Assembly (NCBI GenBank): GCA_017511965.1
Contig: JAFWHT010000012.1
Span: 1,596-65,595, forward strand
DNA: 64,000 nt
Source: Candidatus Saccharimonadota bacterium
GTDB taxonomy: Bacteria; Patescibacteriota; Saccharimonadia; Saccharimonadales; Saccharimonadaceae
Direction of reading: 5' to 3'
How positions within the stretch are numbered: position 1 is the stretch's first letter; each line of letters opens with the position of its first letter. Made by a program: the position numbers and the translations under genes. This document shows, piece by piece, positions 61,901-64,000 of the stretch. The notes under the pieces were generated by a model. It searched no databases. It was given only the letters and a program-made list of their open reading frames with translations, and was not told the DNA's origin.

Positions 61901-64000
61901 GTTTACATCCGCAGCCGAATACAATGAGTTCGACGCCGTAGAATAATCAAAGTTAGAAGATTCTGGCTCCGCAAGACCGATAAAACCAGTTCCGTAGCCT
62001 TGCGACAGAGCAACATCTTCTGCGCTGGTGGTATACTGATTATCAAGACGTAGGTTTTCAGTCATCCAACATTTACCGTCGGCGAGTTTAGCGACGGCAT
62101 AAGTCTGGTTGTCGCGTTTGTCGGTAAGGGCCGTAACATCGCCAATATTCATGGTAGCACAACCATCCCAACTTTGGATATCACCAGCCGATTTTATCCA
62201 AGTCGCGTAAAGAGCCAGGCCGTCTGTTTTGATATTATTTATAGTAGTATCGTCAAAGATTGTTTCATTTGGGCCATACATAGTTCCGGTGCCGTCAGCC
62301 TTAGTGTTCCAGCCAGCAAATCCATAACCAGAGCGCTGGAAGTTCGACGGCCAAAGCAGCGCGCTAGTATCAGAATCACCAACCGATTGTTTACCCATGC
62401 TGGTCGGGCTATTAGCGGCACCGTTCTTATCGTAGCAAATATTGCCGGGCGGACAGCCCCATTGGGCGTAAAGGGTGATGGATTGGCCGGCGGTGGTAAG
62501 GTTAGTAACCTCTTGTTCGTTAGCATAAGAAGTGCCAGTGCCATCTGGTTTCGTGTTCCAGCCGAGAAATACTTGCCAAGCCTCTGGCGCGGTGAAGGTG
62601 GCGGGGTTTAGAGTGGTGGAGGTGTTGCGATAGATGGCTTGGTCGGGCATAGTGCCAGTGCCGCCGTTTTTGTCAAAGGTGATGGTGTAGTAGTCGGAGC
62701 GGGCGATGCAGCGGATGGTTTCGCCGTTGTATTTAGTATCATGAGCATCGCCTGGCAATATTCTACTACTACCGGTGTCAATAAGGAGATTAAAACCGTA
62801 ACTTTCGCCATAAAGTGTTCGAGTCCAATAAACTGCGCCTGAACCACGATAACTATACCTTGAAGTGTAATATCCGCCCGAATAGACAAAATTATTAGGA
62901 TAAGAGCGCCAACGATTAAAGACTGCGGAAGAAACATTTTGATTGCTACCTGTGCCACCGATTGACACATCTAGAGCACCGAAACTGCCAGACGAAGTAG
63001 TGTTGCCAAGAGGTAGCGTCCAGCCCCTCGGACAGATGGAAGTAGAAACACTACCAGAGGAATAAGCACTGGTAGAGCCAATAGCGGCCGGCCAAGTATA
63101 ATAGACACCGTAAGAGTAAATATTAGCATTAGTGCCGGTCATATTGGCAACGGTATTTAATTTGTTAATAGCGTTTTGACGGATGGAGTTAATAGTGTTG
63201 TATGAATTTGAGAATGAAGTAGTGGAAGCTGGGAATGTGAGGTTGGCGTTAATAGAAGTATCGTTTGGAGTAAGGGTGATTGTAGTGTTAGAACCGAGAC
63301 GCAAATTTTCAATCATCCAACAATTGCCGTCGGGGAGTTTGGCGACAGTGTAGGCTTCGCCATCGCGAGTGTCTAGGAGCGCGGTGACGGAGGAGAGATT
63401 GGCAGTGACGGTGCCGTTTAAATAGGTGGCCTGGGTTAGTTTCGGGCAGCCGGTCCAGTTTTGGATGGTGTCTTTGGCCTCAATCCAGACGGCGTAGAGT
63501 TTTTTGCCTTTGGTGGTAAGATCGCCAGTTTGAGCGGCGGCGAGGGTTTGCTGTGGGCCGTAGATAATGTCGGTGGTGGTGGGGGTGGGGGTTTCGGCCC
63601 AGCCAGCGAAACCGTAGCCTTTGCGCTGGAAGTTGGTCGGCCAGAGAGTTGTGGCGGTGTTGGACGATGCGGATTGGTTGTCCATGGTAGTGGGGGAGCT
63701 GGCGCCGTTGTCAAAGTAGCAGATTTTGCTAGCGGGGCAGTTCCATTGGGCGTAGAGAGTGATGTTTTGGTTGGAGCCGGAGAGGGTAACTTCTTGTTCA
63801 TCGGTGTAGTGGGTGCCGGAGCCGTCGGGCTGGGTGTTCCAGCCGATGAAGCCGTCTTGGTCATTGCTGGATGTATAGGTGTTTTTAGTGAGGGTGGTGG
63901 GGGTGTTTTCGGTGATTTGTTGGGTAGGCATCTGGGCGCCGGAGCCGCCGTTAGGGTCAAAGGAGATATTATAGTAATTAACGCAGGTTGGGCTAGTTGT
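58967..64000 (-). CDS. Giant modular surface-type protein (>1677 aa, N-terminus beyond window): alternating Listeria-Bacteroides (Flg_new) repeats and Fibrobacter-type paralogous (FISUMP) domains
   Basis: The frame stays open from 63931 to 64000: TTSPTCVNYYNISFDPNGGSGAQ precedes the track's M and is itself a repeat start. Flg_new-type units: Y(T/N)(V/I)xFDxNGG(S/T)G...GWNTKxDGTG..Y...LYAQW. FISUMP-type units: L(T/K)D.RD...Y.VAKL.D..CWM.ENL...GNYY.W.A...ICP.GWRLP...W(S/T)ST...RC(V/I). Confidence 0.8.
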   Translation of the reverse strand, partial: TTSPTCVNYYNISFDPNGGSGAQMPTQQITENTPTTLTKNTYTSSNDQDGFIGWNTQPDGSGTHYTDEQEVTLSGSNQNITLYAQWNCPASKICYFDNGASSPTTMDNQSASSNTATTLWPTNFQRKGYGFAGWAETPTPTTTDIIYGPQQTLAAAQTGDLTTKGKKLYAVWIEAKDTIQNWTGCPKLTQATYLNGTVTANLSSVTALLDTRDGEAYTVAKLPDGNCWMIENLRLGSNTTITLTPNDTSINANLTFPASTTSFSNSYNTINSIRQNAINKLNTVANMTGTNANIYSYGVYYTWPAAIGSTSAYSSGSVSTSICPRGWTLPLGNTTSSGSFGALDVSIGGTGSNQNVSSAVFNRWRSYPNNFVYSGGYYTSRYSYRGSGAVYWTRTLYGESYGFNLLIDTGSSRILPGDAHDTKYNGETIRCIARSDYYTITFDKNGGTGTMPDQAIYRNTSTTLNPATFTAPEAWQVFLGWNTKPDGTGTSYANEQEVTNLTTAGQSITLYAQWGCPPGNICYDKNGAANSPTSMGKQSVGDSDTSALLWPSNFQRSGYGFAGWNTKADGTGTMYGPNETIFDDTTINNIKTDGLALYATWIKSAGDIQSWDGCATMNIGDVTALTDKRDNQTYAVAKLADGKCWMTENLRLDNQYTTSAEDVALSQGYGTGFIGLAEPESSNFDYSTASNSLYSAADVNNNNTQMPRYNNINTANAVETLTSWTGTENIYSLGNYYTWTAIVANVDKVLIRNVSLSSISICPAGWRLPRGGDKNNQTNNDVWDLIVNHFNNGVQPSNYDNTDQPIYLNEGEELIKIMTKYPNNFVYSGRYEKDSPNNRSTIGSFWTSTFYSEYGNAYNFGMVSFSKSVNPGTSSASKFTGMPARCVVDERYTVSFDANGGSGDMADQSIQVGIATKLSANTFTNTEPFVGWNTKPDGTGDSYTNEQEVTDLTTAGETITLYAQWGYPRYLIHYDSNGAENSPTTMSDQGVVVNTTSVMLRVSNFQREGYGFAGWNTKADGTGISYGPNEVVDLPDIHIKGLYLYANWIPSAGNLQNWNGCNSMNIGDVTALTDIRDNEVYAVAKLADNKCWTIENLRLDDSAEITRENTDNPILPLVNVYNGTTSNHLSPTSDDWCLSNDAQLGVHCYDQSKLNTSNTANPITVWGGGTAKIYSRGNYYNWYSATAGNGTSAITTNNTSVSGSICPAGWRLPKGGGVANATNSDYWQLSLSIMGFAPQNNFYYQGTETNVSGKTAMDALRDYPNNFHENGDWQTNSEKNSAYTMLYTSTAANENAAYIFTLNPALKRLYPGTSNYAKSSGTAVRCIARENYTVKFDANGGSGDMPDQTIYTDVATKLSANTFTNNPKVFTGWNTKNDGTGDSYANEQEVTDLVGKGETITLYAQWAEPTPLEQISTMQEMTPGICSATPVGTEAVLKDTRDGKTYSVAKLKDGNCWMIENLDHDIDATKTYTPADTDISSDWTPDVSTINIQGLNVGESVAGWVGAFGDNGLASADPGEAYWDGSTNRHSRIGNYYNWTAALAVNDSGAYSNGTETDPSQNPQTSICPKGWRLPIIANEITGHVDEFKELNRLYNNGVNSTDSGLIASPLYFTRGGAIDQGSELQGVGDAGSYWSSTAGGPMYVFNTAYYFNHNASYNDSYSSNIAFGHNIRCVAR
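58970..59782 (-). repeat. FISUMP-like domain copy 4, C-terminal (aa ~1384-1654)
   Basis: LKDTRDGKTYSVAKLKDGNCWMIENL...IGNYYNWTAA...ICPKGWRLP...YWSST...IRCVAR, then the stop. Confidence 0.65.
60014..60844 (-). repeat. FISUMP-like domain copy 3 (aa ~1030-1306)
   Basis: LTDIRDNEVYAVAKLADNKCWTIENLRL...RGNYYNWYSA...ICPAGWRLPKGG...VRCIAR. Confidence 0.65.
61337..62185 (-). repeat. FISUMP-like domain copy 2 (aa ~583-865)
   Basis: LTDKRDNQTYAVAKLADGKCWMTENLRL...LGNYYTWTA...ICPAGWRLPRGG...FWTST...ARCVV. Confidence 0.65.
62699..63469 (-). repeat. FISUMP-like domain copy 1 (aa ~155-411 of track numbering)
   Basis: LDTRDGEAYTVAKLPDGNCWMIENLRL...YGVYYTWPAA...SICPRGWTLP...YWTRT...IRCIAR. Confidence 0.65.

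Noticed and set aside
58967-64000. A diversity-generating retroelement (template/variable repeat pair) acting on the lectin-like domains of the giant protein.
   Set aside because: No reverse transcriptase is present in the window. The repeated DNA segments differ at all four bases and by indels, not specifically at adenines. The copies are in-frame paralogous modules rather than a non-coding template repeat.

Overview
A gene-dense (about 90% coding), AT-leaning bacterial chromosome segment. It has about 60 CDS and 7 tRNA genes. I found no rRNA, CRISPR array, transposase, integrase or prophage genes. The content points to a reduced-genome, monoderm-like anaerobe. My best guess, by inference only, is a CPR/Patescibacteria genome of the Saccharibacteria (TM7) type. 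Supporting content: ybaB-recR, dnaB, dnaX and holB; class III RNR nrdDG; rubrerythrin; a minimal sufCB/D; two sortases; a signal peptidase and HtrA; and a GT4+GH57+GH97 alpha-glucan set. Standard code 11 fits: ORFs are long, and TGA and TAA both act as stops.

Ordinary blocks:
- Replication and recombination genes (1-5 kb).
- nrdDG-suf-ABC (22-28 kb).
- prfA-prmC.
- trpS-rluD-holB.
- A thymidylate-cycle block, HD-thyA-folA-glyA (50-54 kb).
- The infA-rpmJ-rpsM-rpsK-rpsD-rpoA-rplQ-rplM-rpsI operon (54.8-58.9 kb).

Most interesting items:
1. A seven-gene minus-strand envelope operon (31.3-40.2 kb) built around an orphan VirB6/TrbL-like polytopic protein. It includes two secreted proteins that share a Cys-containing C-terminal module, an 841-aa bitopic protein and HtrA. 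No secretion ATPase is visible in the window.
2. A surface-type protein of more than 1677 aa, still open at the window edge. It is built from repeated Listeria-Bacteroides (Flg_new) repeats and Fibrobacter-type paralogous (FISUMP) domains, and lies directly upstream of infA.
3. A 26-codon, six-cysteine micro-ORF with a strong SD that overlaps the nrdD start. The nrdD ORF also appears to stop exactly where the glycyl-radical motif should be.
4. A VTC-DUF4956-Cthe_2159-CAP cluster.
5. Recurrent extended -10 promoters placed 6-8 nt from start codons, which suggests leaderless mRNAs.

All family assignments come from motif recognition by eye. No searches were run.
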